A DNA stretch of 62,025 bases, the filler included. It is 5 parts of 5 records of this genome, joined end to end, with 100 filler letters (N's around TTAATTAATTAA, not from the genome) between each part and the next. Parts side by side here need not be neighbours in the genome. Positions count along the whole stretch, not along the records: positions 1 to 9,278 come from SRR20825006_2643; 4 more parts are not named here. One strand, written 5' to 3'. Positions 1-9,378 of this stretch are shown one piece after another. The notes under the pieces were generated by a model. The model saw only the letters and a program-made list of their open reading frames with translations. It did not search any database and was not told where the DNA came from. A program made the translations under genes and the position numbers. Position 1 is the stretch's first letter, and each line of letters begins with the position of its first letter.

Positions 1-44
1 AATCGAAATCGGAGAGGGAGTAGTTCATTCAAAAACGGGGCTTA

Positions 45-920
45 CTAAAGCTCGAAAGGGAAGATTTTCTCTTTGCTTTGAGCAATTTCAATCTTAGAAA
101 TTTCATTCATATGCAACTTTCTTAAACCGTCTATATTCTCGACTTCAATAATGAATCCATCTACATTTTTTATATCTGCAAAAAGTACATTCCCATCAAA
201 AAGATATACCAGTACTTTATCATCTATAGGCTTAATACTAAAAGTTCTTGGTAGAAAATCTTTACCATACTTGATACTCATCAAGAAGCTCATTGAGATA
301 TGATCTAGATTTAAGTATTCGACAGAAACAGGGCTGGTAAAATTGTAAACCCAAACAGTTTTATTAGATTTAAGATCAAATAAGTATGCATATAATTCAG
401 TTGTGTAATTAACCGATATGTTTGCGACCTCATTCGCCGAATAAGAAAAATTAAAATTAGTTAATAAATACAGATACATACCATAATCATTATTTAAGTT
501 TATGTCTGAATCTGAAAAGTCGAATGAAGGGTGACGGTCTACTCTTATAACACTCGTTGTTTTTTCTGCAAAATAATATTCATTCAACTTTTCAATTTCA
601 TCCACTAGCTCTGTTGCTTTTTCTTTTCTATAGATGGATTCCGTTGGTAAAGTTAAATCTATATTCTCAACATTAAACACAGAGTCAATACTCGTAATTA
701 ACTCACCCTTAATCTCTTCTGCAGAGACCTCATTCTTTTTTCCACCGAAATATTCATCGGATCTTTTTGATACATCAGCTTGCAGAAAGTCTATTTCAGA
801 TGCTAATTCAGAGTCGAATTCTGTGGCTGTTAAGGAACTACCCTTACCTGAAGGAACGCTTGTAGTGGCACACGAAATACAAACAAGTAGAGACGTGAGA
901 AAAAGTAAGTTTTTAAACAT
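45..920 (-). CDS. Hypothetical lipoprotein
   Basis: 291-aa ORF; hydrophobic N-terminus ending in a lipobox-like CISC; no family recognised. Confidence 0.6.
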   Translation of the reverse strand: MFKNLLFLTSLLVCISCATTSVPSGKGSSLTATEFDSELASEIDFLQADVSKRSDEYFGGKKNEVSAEEIKGELITSIDSVFNVENIDLTLPTESIYRKEKATELVDEIEKLNEYYFAEKTTSVIRVDRHPSFDFSDSDINLNNDYGMYLYLLTNFNFSYSANEVANISVNYTTELYAYLFDLKSNKTVWVYNFTSPVSVEYLNLDHISMSFLMSIKYGKDFLPRTFSIKPIDDKVLVYLFDGNVLFADIKNVDGFIIEVENIDGLRKLHMNEISKIEIAQSKEKIFPFEL

Positions 921-1018
921 AGTCTAAAAATGAAGGTTAATATGAATCTATTAGAGGATGGAAAATAATATTCCGGCGAACCAAAACGCTCCACCGACTT
1001 CTATAGGATAAACACGTA

Positions 1019-2941
1019 TCAGATAATCTTTTCCGTTTTTAAAACGGAAAGCACTGTGTTCAAAATTCCTTCAACGCCAATACCAACTTCATCGTGTAGC
1101 TCTTCTTGGGTTCCATGCTCTACAATACGATCAGGAATTCCCATAATCTTAACCGTGGGCTTTTCTTCTTTTTCGATAAGATATTCTGCAACAGCGCTTC
1201 CAAAACCACCCATTTTCGCACCATCTTCTAGCGTGATAATATGATCGTATTTCAAGCAAATCTCGTCTAACATCACCGTATCAAGAGGTTTGGCAAAGCG
1301 CATATCATAGTGCCCAATTTGAACCCCTTGAAGTTCCAACTGCTTGCTCGCTTCGGTAACGTATTTACCAATCGGGCCAAAACTTAATACCGCAACTCCC
1401 TCACCTTCTTGTAAGCAAACTCCTTTACCAATTTCCATCGCTTGGAATTCTTTTCGAACTTCCATTCCTGTAGCACCACCACGCGGATATCGAATTGCCC
1501 AAGAGGCATCATTAAATAAGGACGCTGTATACATCATATCGCGTAATTCTTGTTCGTTCAATGGAGATGATATCACCATATTTGGAACCGTACGCATGAA
1601 TGCTACATCATACAAACCATGGTGAGTTGGGCCATCAGCGCCGGCAAAACCAGCTCTATCAATACAAAAAACGACCGGCAGTTTTTGAATGGCAACGTCA
1701 TGCACTAATTGGTCGTAACCTCTCTGAAGAAACGATGAGTAAATAGCACAAAAGGCTTTCTTTCCCTCTGCTGCTAAACCAGCTGCAAAAGTTACTGCAT
1801 GTTGTTCAGCAATGCCTACATCAAAAGCGCGATCAGGAAAAGCGTTCATCATTGGCCACAAGCTAGAGCCACTTGGCATAGCTGGTGTCATACTTACAAT
1901 CTGCTCATTTTGGGCAGCAAGTTCAGCTAAAGCTTCGCCAAAAACATCCTGATATTTAGGCGCTGATTTGCCCGTTTTTGCAGGGGCTAAAGATTTTCCG
2001 GTAATCTTATCGAAAGGGCTACTTGATGCATGCCATTTGGTTTGCTCACGTTCAGCTGGAGCAAAACCTTTTCCTTTCACTGTTACAATATGAAGTAATT
2101 TTGGCCCTTTTACTTCCTTAAGATCTTCAAGTGTTTTTCTTAGGCCATCAACATCGTGACCATCAATTGGTCCGTAGTATTTAAAACCTAACGCACGGAA
2201 TAAAGAACCAGGAGTAAGTGCAGCCGTCATTGCTTTCTCTAAGCGCGATGCAATTTTTCGCATCTTTTCGCCAGCAGACTTAAAGTGCCCGAGCATATCG
2301 TAAATCTCATCGCGCATTTTATTGAATGTCTTGCTTGTAGTAATATCTGCTAAATATTCTTTTAGAGCACCCACGTTTGGGTCAATCGACATGTTGTTGT
2401 CGTTCAAAACTACTAATAAATCACTGTTCATTGCTCCGGCATTATTCAATGCTTCGAACGCTTGGCCTGCAGTCATTGCACCATCGCCAATAATGGCCAC
2501 CACTTTCTTATCACCTTTGTTCAAATCGTTTGCAACAGCCATTCCCAAAGCAGCTGAAATTGACGTGCTTGAATGACCTACACCAAATGTATCGTATTCA
2601 CTTTCACTTCTCTTAGGGAAACCAGAAAGTCCACCATAAGTTCTATTAGTATAGAAATTATCTCTTCGCCCTGTTAGTATTTTGTGCCCGTACGCTTGGT
2701 GGCCAACATCCCAAACCAATAAATCTTTTGGTGTTTCATATACATAATGTAATGCTGTAGTAAGTTCTACAACACCTAAACTGGCACCAAAATGCCCACC
2801 ATAAATTGAAACTATATCAATGATATAATTTCTCAACTCATCACAAACATCTTGTAGTTGGTCGGCACTTAAATTTCTTAAATCTTCAGGGGAATTTATA
2901 CCAGCTAATAACACGCCTGGTTTGGCAGATTTAGATTCCAT
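1019..2941 (-). CDS. dxs: 1-deoxy-D-xylulose-5-phosphate synthase
   Basis: GGHFGASLG, WDVGHQAYGHK, TPP motif GDGA..LNDN, DVGIAEQHA, DRAG..GADGPTH, IRYPRG. Confidence 0.98.
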   Translation of the reverse strand: MESKSAKPGVLLAGINSPEDLRNLSADQLQDVCDELRNYIIDIVSIYGGHFGASLGVVELTTALHYVYETPKDLLVWDVGHQAYGHKILTGRRDNFYTNRTYGGLSGFPKRSESEYDTFGVGHSSTSISAALGMAVANDLNKGDKKVVAIIGDGAMTAGQAFEALNNAGAMNSDLLVVLNDNNMSIDPNVGALKEYLADITTSKTFNKMRDEIYDMLGHFKSAGEKMRKIASRLEKAMTAALTPGSLFRALGFKYYGPIDGHDVDGLRKTLEDLKEVKGPKLLHIVTVKGKGFAPAEREQTKWHASSSPFDKITGKSLAPAKTGKSAPKYQDVFGEALAELAAQNEQIVSMTPAMPSGSSLWPMMNAFPDRAFDVGIAEQHAVTFAAGLAAEGKKAFCAIYSSFLQRGYDQLVHDVAIQKLPVVFCIDRAGFAGADGPTHHGLYDVAFMRTVPNMVISSPLNEQELRDMMYTASLFNDASWAIRYPRGGATGMEVRKEFQAMEIGKGVCLQEGEGVAVLSFGPIGKYVTEASKQLELQGVQIGHYDMRFAKPLDTVMLDEICLKYDHIITLEDGAKMGGFGSAVAEYLIEKEEKPTVKIMGIPDRIVEHGTQEELHDEVGIGVEGILNTVLSVLKTEKII

Positions 2942-2954
2942 AGTAAGCTGTTAG

Positions 2955-3155
2955 TTAATTATTCGCTTCATTTACTTGCTCAATTCTGAGCTCTGCTTGA
3001 TTAAGAATCTCAGAACAGAATTTAGAAAGCTTAACACCCTTTTCATATAAAGTAACAGAATCCTCTAGTGTTATGGATTCATCTTCAAGTTGGGAGACAA
3101 TAAGTTCTAGTTCTTTTAAAGCTTCTTCGAAGCTTGGGCGTTCCGTTTGATCCAT
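2955..3155 (-). CDS. xseB: Exodeoxyribonuclease VII small subunit
   Basis: SFEEALKELE.IV..LE...LE.S..LYEKG..L...C...L..AE; adjacent to dxs. Confidence 0.95.
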   Translation of the reverse strand: MDQTERPSFEEALKELELIVSQLEDESITLEDSVTLYEKGVKLSKFCSEILNQAELRIEQVNEANN

Positions 3156-3244
3156 TAAAATTGGTCTGTGTAGCTCTTTTGATTATCTATTGTTCCCAAA
3201 AGTACGAGTTTCTGTTGTAAAAGGCTCATGCTAAGAAAAGCGCT

Positions 3245-5650
3245 TTATTTCCATTCACTTTTAGTAATAATATTTCCGTCAGATTTAAAGACTAAAGCTT
3301 TATCTCTACCGGTAAAGTAGGTGTTCGTTCCTGATTTTGCCAATCTTTGAATAGTTTCTTGATGGGGATGGCGGAATTTATTTTTATCCGCCAATGAAAC
3401 TACAGATATTTCTGGCGATAAATGCTCTAGGAAAAAGCCTTCTGAACTTGTTCTGCTCCCATGATGTCCTACTTTCAAAAAGTCGATATCCAACAGTTCA
3501 TCATACTTATTCACAATTCTTTTCTCTTGATCTTCCCCCGCATCACCGGTAAAAAGAAATTCATTCTCTCCGTAAATTATATTTAGCACTACTGAATGCT
3601 GGTTGGGGTCTGAACCATGTTTAGTTCCACTTGGTCCCAACGCCAACATTAAAATTGTTGGGTCTAACTCAATTCTGTCACCAGCTTTAACCGATTTCAC
3701 TTTAACTCTTTTTTCTTTAGCTAATTCTAAATATGAATGATATAGATTTGAGTCGTATTGATATCCAGAGTTATAAATAACACCAATTTCTATATCTTCT
3801 AGTAGCGTTATAATTCCTCCAATATGATCTGCGTGTGGGTGTGAGAGAACAACGGCATCTAATTTTGTTATTCCTGCTGATTTTAGGTGGGGCGCAATAA
3901 CTTGTTTCCCAGAGTTTCCGCTCGGGCTCCAAGCTCCAGCATCTATAAGAATATGTTTTTCCTGAGGAGTTGTAACCAAAATTGCATCTCCTTGCCCAAC
4001 ATCAAAAACAAGAACTTCTAAATAGTTTTTGGCCAGTTTCGAATGGATCCCTTCAGCCTGCATTAAGATTACCATTAGCAATGAAATGGAAAGCATTTTC
4101 CATAGGATTTTAGTATTCCTCATAGAAGAAATAGTTAAAACTAATGCCGACCAAAACCCAAAAAACCATACGGAGCCTAATCCAACTTTCATCCAGCCCC
4201 AATTTAAAGTCCCCGATATTTCTACAAAATTTTTAAGCACTCCTAAAAACAGTTCGGCGGGATAGTTCAAAGCTATTCCCACCATTGGAAATATAAAACC
4301 AACAATTACACTTAATAGAGCTATTGGAACCACTAAACTCAAAAAAGGGACAAAAAGTGCGTTTGCAATAGGGCTGATTAATGATATTTCCCCAAAATAG
4401 AATACTTGCAGTGGATACAAACCAAACTGAACGACTAACGATACCACCATAACCATAATTGGTGCGCCGTACCATCGCACCCTAACCCAATACGGGAGCT
4501 TTGATTGAATAACAGGCATCAGTAAAAGAATGATTATTACGGCAGTAAATGAAAGCTGAAATCCGATTTCGAAAAGTTGTTTAGGACTTACCAGTAGAAT
4601 GATTAAAGCTGCTGCTGCAGTTAGATTTATTGAGTTACTTCTTTTAGAAAATAGCTTCCCATAAGTTAAAGCTGTTGCCATTACGGAAGCCCTGAGCACC
4701 GAGGCTGAAAATCCCGTAATTCCCGCATAAAAGAACAGAATAATTATCAAGAATATAAGTCCGAAATGACTTCCATATTTTTTAGTCCAGAAGTAGGGGA
4801 TTATTAACCAAAAGGGTGCAACTACCAACCCAACGTGTAATCCCGAAACCGCCATGATGTGAGACAATCCCGCCCTTGCAAATGCCGTTTTTGTTTCACC
4901 TTCTAACTCATTTTTATATCCCAACAAAAGAGCTTTGGCTATTGGCGCCGTTTCTTCACTGAAATTATTATCTATTATGCTAAGAGCCTTCTCTCTTATT
5001 GTAATCCAAGAAAAGGTGGCTTTTGGCACAGCGATGCTTATTAAACTATCTAAACGAACTTGCGTGTGAATACCTTTTGATGCTAAAAACTTTCGATAAT
5101 CAAAAGCTAATGGATTTCTTTTGGGGCTAACTGGAATGATGGTTCCCTTCAGATGGATACGACTTCCTAACTCTATCGTTTCAAGATCATCCCAAAGCAA
5201 CCTTGTATTAAAATGATCTTTTATTTCTAGCCCCGAAACGGTTTTAATGGACGCTACTTTAACGTTTAGCCGTGTTTTACCTGCTGCTGTTTCAGAAATT
5301 GAAGTTACCTCACCTTCTAAGGTTATTTCTTCCCAAGAGGAAACACTAATCAACTGTTCGGCGGTGGTGAGTTCTTTTGCTTCTTCAAAATACGCACTTA
5401 GTAATCCGCCACTAATCACCAATAGGAAGAATAGAATTGTGGCAATTTTTGGGAGAAGGAGTGAGAGCTTTCTGGAAAGAACAAACTCAATTGTAGCGTA
5501 AAAAAATAAGATTATTGATAAGACAATAACGCTAATTGAATATGACGCACTTACCGTTTGCGAAATAAGAATTCCACAAATAAATAACCCCGACAACCTA
5601 ACTGCGGGATATTGAGCAAAAGGAAAGGTATATGAAGTATTTGAGTTCAC
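3245..5650 (-). CDS. comEC: DNA uptake competence protein ComEC/Rec2
   Basis: RNP..FDY, GLSHIMAVSGLHVG, SVLRA, GFQLSF; C-terminal metallo-beta-lactamase motifs DVGQGD, SHPHADHIGG, KVGHHGS. Confidence 0.95.
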   Translation of the reverse strand: MNSNTSYTFPFAQYPAVRLSGLFICGILISQTVSASYSISVIVLSIILFFYATIEFVLSRKLSLLLPKIATILFFLLVISGGLLSAYFEEAKELTTAEQLISVSSWEEITLEGEVTSISETAAGKTRLNVKVASIKTVSGLEIKDHFNTRLLWDDLETIELGSRIHLKGTIIPVSPKRNPLAFDYRKFLASKGIHTQVRLDSLISIAVPKATFSWITIREKALSIIDNNFSEETAPIAKALLLGYKNELEGETKTAFARAGLSHIMAVSGLHVGLVVAPFWLIIPYFWTKKYGSHFGLIFLIIILFFYAGITGFSASVLRASVMATALTYGKLFSKRSNSINLTAAAALIILLVSPKQLFEIGFQLSFTAVIIILLLMPVIQSKLPYWVRVRWYGAPIMVMVVSLVVQFGLYPLQVFYFGEISLISPIANALFVPFLSLVVPIALLSVIVGFIFPMVGIALNYPAELFLGVLKNFVEISGTLNWGWMKVGLGSVWFFGFWSALVLTISSMRNTKILWKMLSISLLMVILMQAEGIHSKLAKNYLEVLVFDVGQGDAILVTTPQEKHILIDAGAWSPSGNSGKQVIAPHLKSAGITKLDAVVLSHPHADHIGGIITLLEDIEIGVIYNSGYQYDSNLYHSYLELAKEKRVKVKSVKAGDRIELDPTILMLALGPSGTKHGSDPNQHSVVLNIIYGENEFLFTGDAGEDQEKRIVNKYDELLDIDFLKVGHHGSRTSSEGFFLEHLSPEISVVSLADKNKFRHPHQETIQRLAKSGTNTYFTGRDKALVFKSDGNIITKSEWK

Positions 5651-5695
5651 ATAAGTTAGACTAGTGTGAACTCCATTCCTTACAATTATGAGTGC

Positions 5696-6817
5696 CTAAT
5701 TCGGAACTATTTTAAAAATCCCTTTCCCTTCAACAGCAACGTAAATAAAGCCATCTGGTGCTTGACGGATATCTCTAACACGCCCAATATCTTCAAGTAC
5801 AATTTCTTTTTCAGAAACTGAGTTACCATTTAGAGTAACCAAAACTAGATAATTGAACTTTAATGAACCGACTAACGCTTTTCCTTTCCAATCTGGGTAC
5901 TTGCTACTTGTCACAAACGCAAAGCCTGAAGGTGCAATTGATGGAACCCAATAAGTTTTAGGTTGCTCCATTCCTTCTTTTGCAGTTAGATCTGTGAATG
6001 AAGTTCCGTTATAATTAATTCCGTAGCTAATTATCGGCCAACCGTAATTACTTCCCGCGCTAATTAAATTGAGTTCGTCACCACCTTGTGGACCATGCTC
6101 ATGCGCCCAAATAAGTCCTGTTTGTGGATGCACAGCCATGCCTTGCGGGTTTCTGTGTCCATAAGAAAAAATAGCTTTTCTCGCGTCGGATTGATTCACA
6201 AAAGGATTGTCTTTGGGAATACTTCCATCATCATTAATACGATAAATCTTTCCGCCGTCTCTGGTAATATCTTGAGGATTTTCGTCCCTATTTCCTCTAT
6301 CTCCAACCGAAAAGTACAGTTTGTTCGAAGAGTCAAAAGCAATCCGGCCACCAAAATGTTGTCCCCGAGTGCTATTCGGAGAAGCTTTATAAAGCACTTT
6401 TTTATCTACCAGTTCATTCTCTGATAATTTTGCTCTTAATATGGCTGTGTTGCCACCATCTCCTTCACCTTCCGAAGACGAGTACGCTAAGTATAGCCAG
6501 CCGTTCTTTTCATATTCTGGATGTAAAACCACATCTAACAAGCCACCTTGGCCGCGTGCAAATATTTCGGGTAATCCACTAATTTCAGCGACAAGCTCAC
6601 CTGCGTTCACTCGAAGTAGTTTCCCAGAACGTTCGGTAACTAGCATATCTCCACTTGGTAACCAAGCCATTGCCCAAGGAACGTTTACACCAGAAAAAAC
6701 CAATTCCGCATTGTAGCTCATATTATCAACTTGCGGTTGTTTTATGGCTCCAATTGTTAACATCATTGCCACGCCAAGCGCTAACAGTAAGCTTAATTTA
6801 TTTGCTTTTAACTTCAT
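5696..6817 (-). CDS. PQQ-dependent soluble aldose/sugar dehydrogenase (YliI/Asd family)
   Basis: PWAMAWLP, GQGGLLDV..HP, HFGGRI, SYGHRNPQG, EHGPQGGDE, NYGWP, GRVRD; signal peptide. Confidence 0.92.
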   Translation of the reverse strand: MKLKANKLSLLLALGVAMMLTIGAIKQPQVDNMSYNAELVFSGVNVPWAMAWLPSGDMLVTERSGKLLRVNAGELVAEISGLPEIFARGQGGLLDVVLHPEYEKNGWLYLAYSSSEGEGDGGNTAILRAKLSENELVDKKVLYKASPNSTRGQHFGGRIAFDSSNKLYFSVGDRGNRDENPQDITRDGGKIYRINDDGSIPKDNPFVNQSDARKAIFSYGHRNPQGMAVHPQTGLIWAHEHGPQGGDELNLISAGSNYGWPIISYGINYNGTSFTDLTAKEGMEQPKTYWVPSIAPSGFAFVTSSKYPDWKGKALVGSLKFNYLVLVTLNGNSVSEKEIVLEDIGRVRDIRQAPDGFIYVAVEGKGIFKIVPN

Positions 6818-6841
6818 TTAGTCCCTTTTTTGGTTTAATTC

Positions 6842-7309
6842 TTAGCTTTCACTTCGATATAAAAATCTTCTCAAATCATCTACACCCATATAGCCCGTTC
6901 TTTTTCTAAGCAATTCCCCTTTCGAGTTTAAAATCAAAACGGTTGGAAAAACAAACGCCCCATTACTCTGAGCAAAAGCCTGCTCTGTCACTTTTACTCC
7001 ATTAATGGTTATCAACTCTTCTGAGTTACCATTTACTTTAACAGGAATATATCCTTCGTCGAGCACAACACGGACGGTGGTATCTGGGTAAACATCACGT
7101 TCCATAGCTCGGCAGTATTTACATCCAACCTCGTACACATCTACTAAAATTAGTTTGTCAGATGCTGCAGCTTGTACAAAAGCGTCTTCAATCTTTACCC
7201 AGTTCGGAGCGTTATCAACCTGTTGAGGCTTTACACTTTTAAACGACGAGTATAAAAAAATACCTAAAAAAATGAGTCCGACAGGTATAATTATAAATTT
7301 TTTTTTCAT
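6842..7309 (-). CDS. Exported thioredoxin-fold protein (SoxW-like)
   Basis: CKYC motif, cis-Pro FPT, N-terminal membrane anchor; ATG at 7309 preferred over TTG at 7315. Confidence 0.8.
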   Translation of the reverse strand: MKKKFIIIPVGLIFLGIFLYSSFKSVKPQQVDNAPNWVKIEDAFVQAAASDKLILVDVYEVGCKYCRAMERDVYPDTTVRVVLDEGYIPVKVNGNSEELITINGVKVTEQAFAQSNGAFVFPTVLILNSKGELLRKRTGYMGVDDLRRFLYRSES

Positions 7310-7372
7310 GGTCAATTTGAGCTACTTAAAACAATTTCGGGAAATCTCATGATTGCGATTATCTTAAAATAC

Positions 7373-7397
7373 GGAACTTCGATGGTTTCACGAAGTT
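7373..7397 (+). promoter_or_regulatory. Possible ECF-sigma promoter / inverted repeat
   Basis: GGAAC-N17-GTT ending 33 nt before the ATG at 7431; overlaps inverted repeat AACTTCG-N9-CGAAGTT. Confidence 0.3.
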
Positions 7398-7430
7398 AAA
7401 TGATAACTAACACTAAAAACGGAGTTCATA

Positions 7431-7871
7431 ATGAAAAAATTTACATTTTCAATCCTTGTATTTAGCTTAATGGCTTTGCTATCGCCATTACAAGCACAGT
7501 CTGACAGAGGACAAGATATTATTAAGAATAGTATAAATGAAATGGTATCGGATGTTGAAAAGGCCGATAATGCAGCAGATAAGCGTGTCATTCTCAACAA
7601 ATCTCTAGACAAACTAATTACAGCTATTGATAGAGTAGAGGCTATGAAAGCAGTTCCGGATTCTGATAAAACACTACTATTTAGCTTTAAAGAAGATCTT
7701 TCTGAAAAAAAGAACGAGCTTAATGGAATGGATGGCTATAGAAAGGTCCCTAATAACCAGCTCAACAACTTTGCTAATTTTATACAACAGGATTTTGAAC
7801 AAGCCGATAAATTTGTAACACTCAGTTTATCTACTGTTTTGTTAATCGTAATAATCTTATTACTTCTTTAA
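7431..7871 (+). CDS. Secreted helical protein with C-terminal hydrophobic tail (PA2779-like architecture)
   Basis: Signal peptide ending LQA-Q; polar helical core; terminal FVTLSLSTVLLIVIILLLL-stop. Confidence 0.75.
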   Translation: MKKFTFSILVFSLMALLSPLQAQSDRGQDIIKNSINEMVSDVEKADNAADKRVILNKSLDKLITAIDRVEAMKAVPDSDKTLLFSFKEDLSEKKNELNGMDGYRKVPNNQLNNFANFIQQDFEQADKFVTLSLSTVLLIVIILLLL

Positions 7872-7888
7872 TTCACTAAATTTTAGCT

Positions 7889-8923
7889 ATGGCAATTCTA
7901 AAAAATTCATCGATTGTATTAATTGCCATAGCTTTTCTTTTTGTGGGGTGTTCAAGCTCCAAGGCTTTTCTAGATCCGACTGATAAACTACCCCTTAATG
8001 AACCTACTTATTCGCTTGTTTATGTAATCCATGGAGATGCAAACTACTTGTACCACCAAAATGGCAAATCGTATCAAGCCGACTATCAGGCATTAAAAAG
8101 TGCTCTAAACATTGCTGAGCATGCTACATCTGGCGAAGTTTTTATCTTTTATCAAAAACCAGAGCAGAAAATCCTTTGGCTATTTCCAATAAAAGATCGC
8201 ATCTACTATCACTTTAAAAATGGAAATTTAGTTCAAAAGAAGACTTATTCACCTCAAGGTGGAGGGTTAGAGCAAGAAGCTGAAATTTTCAACACTATGA
8301 AGGCATCTACGCAAAATCGAAGCTTTTTCTTTTATTTTGGTCACGAAATTCCTTCGTTTAAAAATGCTTCCTACCATAACTCTCAGCCTAACAAGCCTTT
8401 TAATTCCGTTATCTTTTCCAAAGATCTTTCTGCATTTAATAAGAAGTTTGACTTAACGGTACTTTCAACATGCAACAATGGTAATCCACAGATGATCTAT
8501 GAATTGGCTGGTAAAACCGATGCCGTAATTGCTTCCCCTCAAAATTTACACCTTTCATATTTAGATACAGAGAATGTTCTTCTCTTAGAAAAGGATTTGA
8601 AAACACCCACACTAACTTTAGCAGATTCTATCGCGAATTTTTCTTTTACGCGACTTTCAAGCACATTGCAAACAGCGGTTACTGTTTCAGTTTACGATTT
8701 GACCACAATAGAACCTAACCTTGACGATATCTACGAGCGCTACCAATCACATCTTTACTCGACTAAGAATAGAGCACCTTTTACCGACAACGTAGATTGT
8801 AAAACCCTAGCTTCTCTCAATAGACTCATTGACAGACCCGAAGTACATACTTATTTTAAGGCCGCAAATTTTGGAAGATCTTCAAAACAGAGTACTCATT
8901 CAGGTTGGGGATGTAAGGAATAA
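7889..8923 (+). CDS. Lipoprotein, putative clan CD (caspase/clostripain/gingipain-fold) cysteine peptidase
   Basis: Lipobox FVGC; beta-strand-His FFFYFGHE; beta-strand-Cys DLTVLSTCNNG; downstream DAVIASPQ resembles C11 family. Confidence 0.55.
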   Translation: MAILKNSSIVLIAIAFLFVGCSSSKAFLDPTDKLPLNEPTYSLVYVIHGDANYLYHQNGKSYQADYQALKSALNIAEHATSGEVFIFYQKPEQKILWLFPIKDRIYYHFKNGNLVQKKTYSPQGGGLEQEAEIFNTMKASTQNRSFFFYFGHEIPSFKNASYHNSQPNKPFNSVIFSKDLSAFNKKFDLTVLSTCNNGNPQMIYELAGKTDAVIASPQNLHLSYLDTENVLLLEKDLKTPTLTLADSIANFSFTRLSSTLQTAVTVSVYDLTTIEPNLDDIYERYQSHLYSTKNRAPFTDNVDCKTLASLNRLIDRPEVHTYFKAANFGRSSKQSTHSGWGCKE

Positions 8924-8977
8924 ATGTTCTTTTCATAAGTTTGAACTTCCTATCTTTGCCTCCAAAGGAAAAACACA

Positions 8978-9181
8978 ATGACAGAAATAGAATCTTATAA
9001 GCTGGGCAAAGTTGCCGTTAGTGTTACAACAACTGAAACAGCAAACAAACTCTTAATAAGTTGCTTTGATGGTGAATCTAAATCTGAGTTTACTGTAAGT
9101 GAGTACGAGTTTAAAAACTACAAACGTTTGATGAATCAGCGAATTTCTCGTGCTTTCTCTGGCACTCAAGATGGAGACTAA
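8978..9181 (+). CDS. Small hypothetical protein
   Basis: 67-aa ORF with AAGGA upstream and TATCTTTG (TAnnTTTG-type element) at 8951-8958. Confidence 0.6.
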   Translation: MTEIESYKLGKVAVSVTTTETANKLLISCFDGESKSEFTVSEYEFKNYKRLMNQRISRAFSGTQDGD

Positions 9182-9278
9182 TAACAAGCTCGTTAATTTC
9201 GACCTCTCCAAATCTGTCCTCGACCTATCTCTACAATTCTTGATTACAAGACATAAAAAAACCCTGCCTTATTCAGAC

Positions 9279-9378
9279 NNNNNNNNNNNNNNNNNNNNNN
9301 NNNNNNNNNNNNNNNNNNNNNNTTAATTAATTAANNNNNNNNNNNNNNNNNNNNNNNNNNNNNNNNNNNNNNNNNNNN
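9279..9378. other. Artificial contig-joining spacer
   Basis: 44 N + TTAATTAATTAA + 44 N. Confidence 0.98.

Noticed and set aside
9198-9231. Short imperfect direct repeat TCGACCT near the contig end
   Set aside because: Only two 7-nt copies; no array or spacer structure
9323-9334. TTAATTAATTAA repeated four times in the window
   Set aside because: Synthetic linker inside N-runs, not a biological repeat or CtrA site
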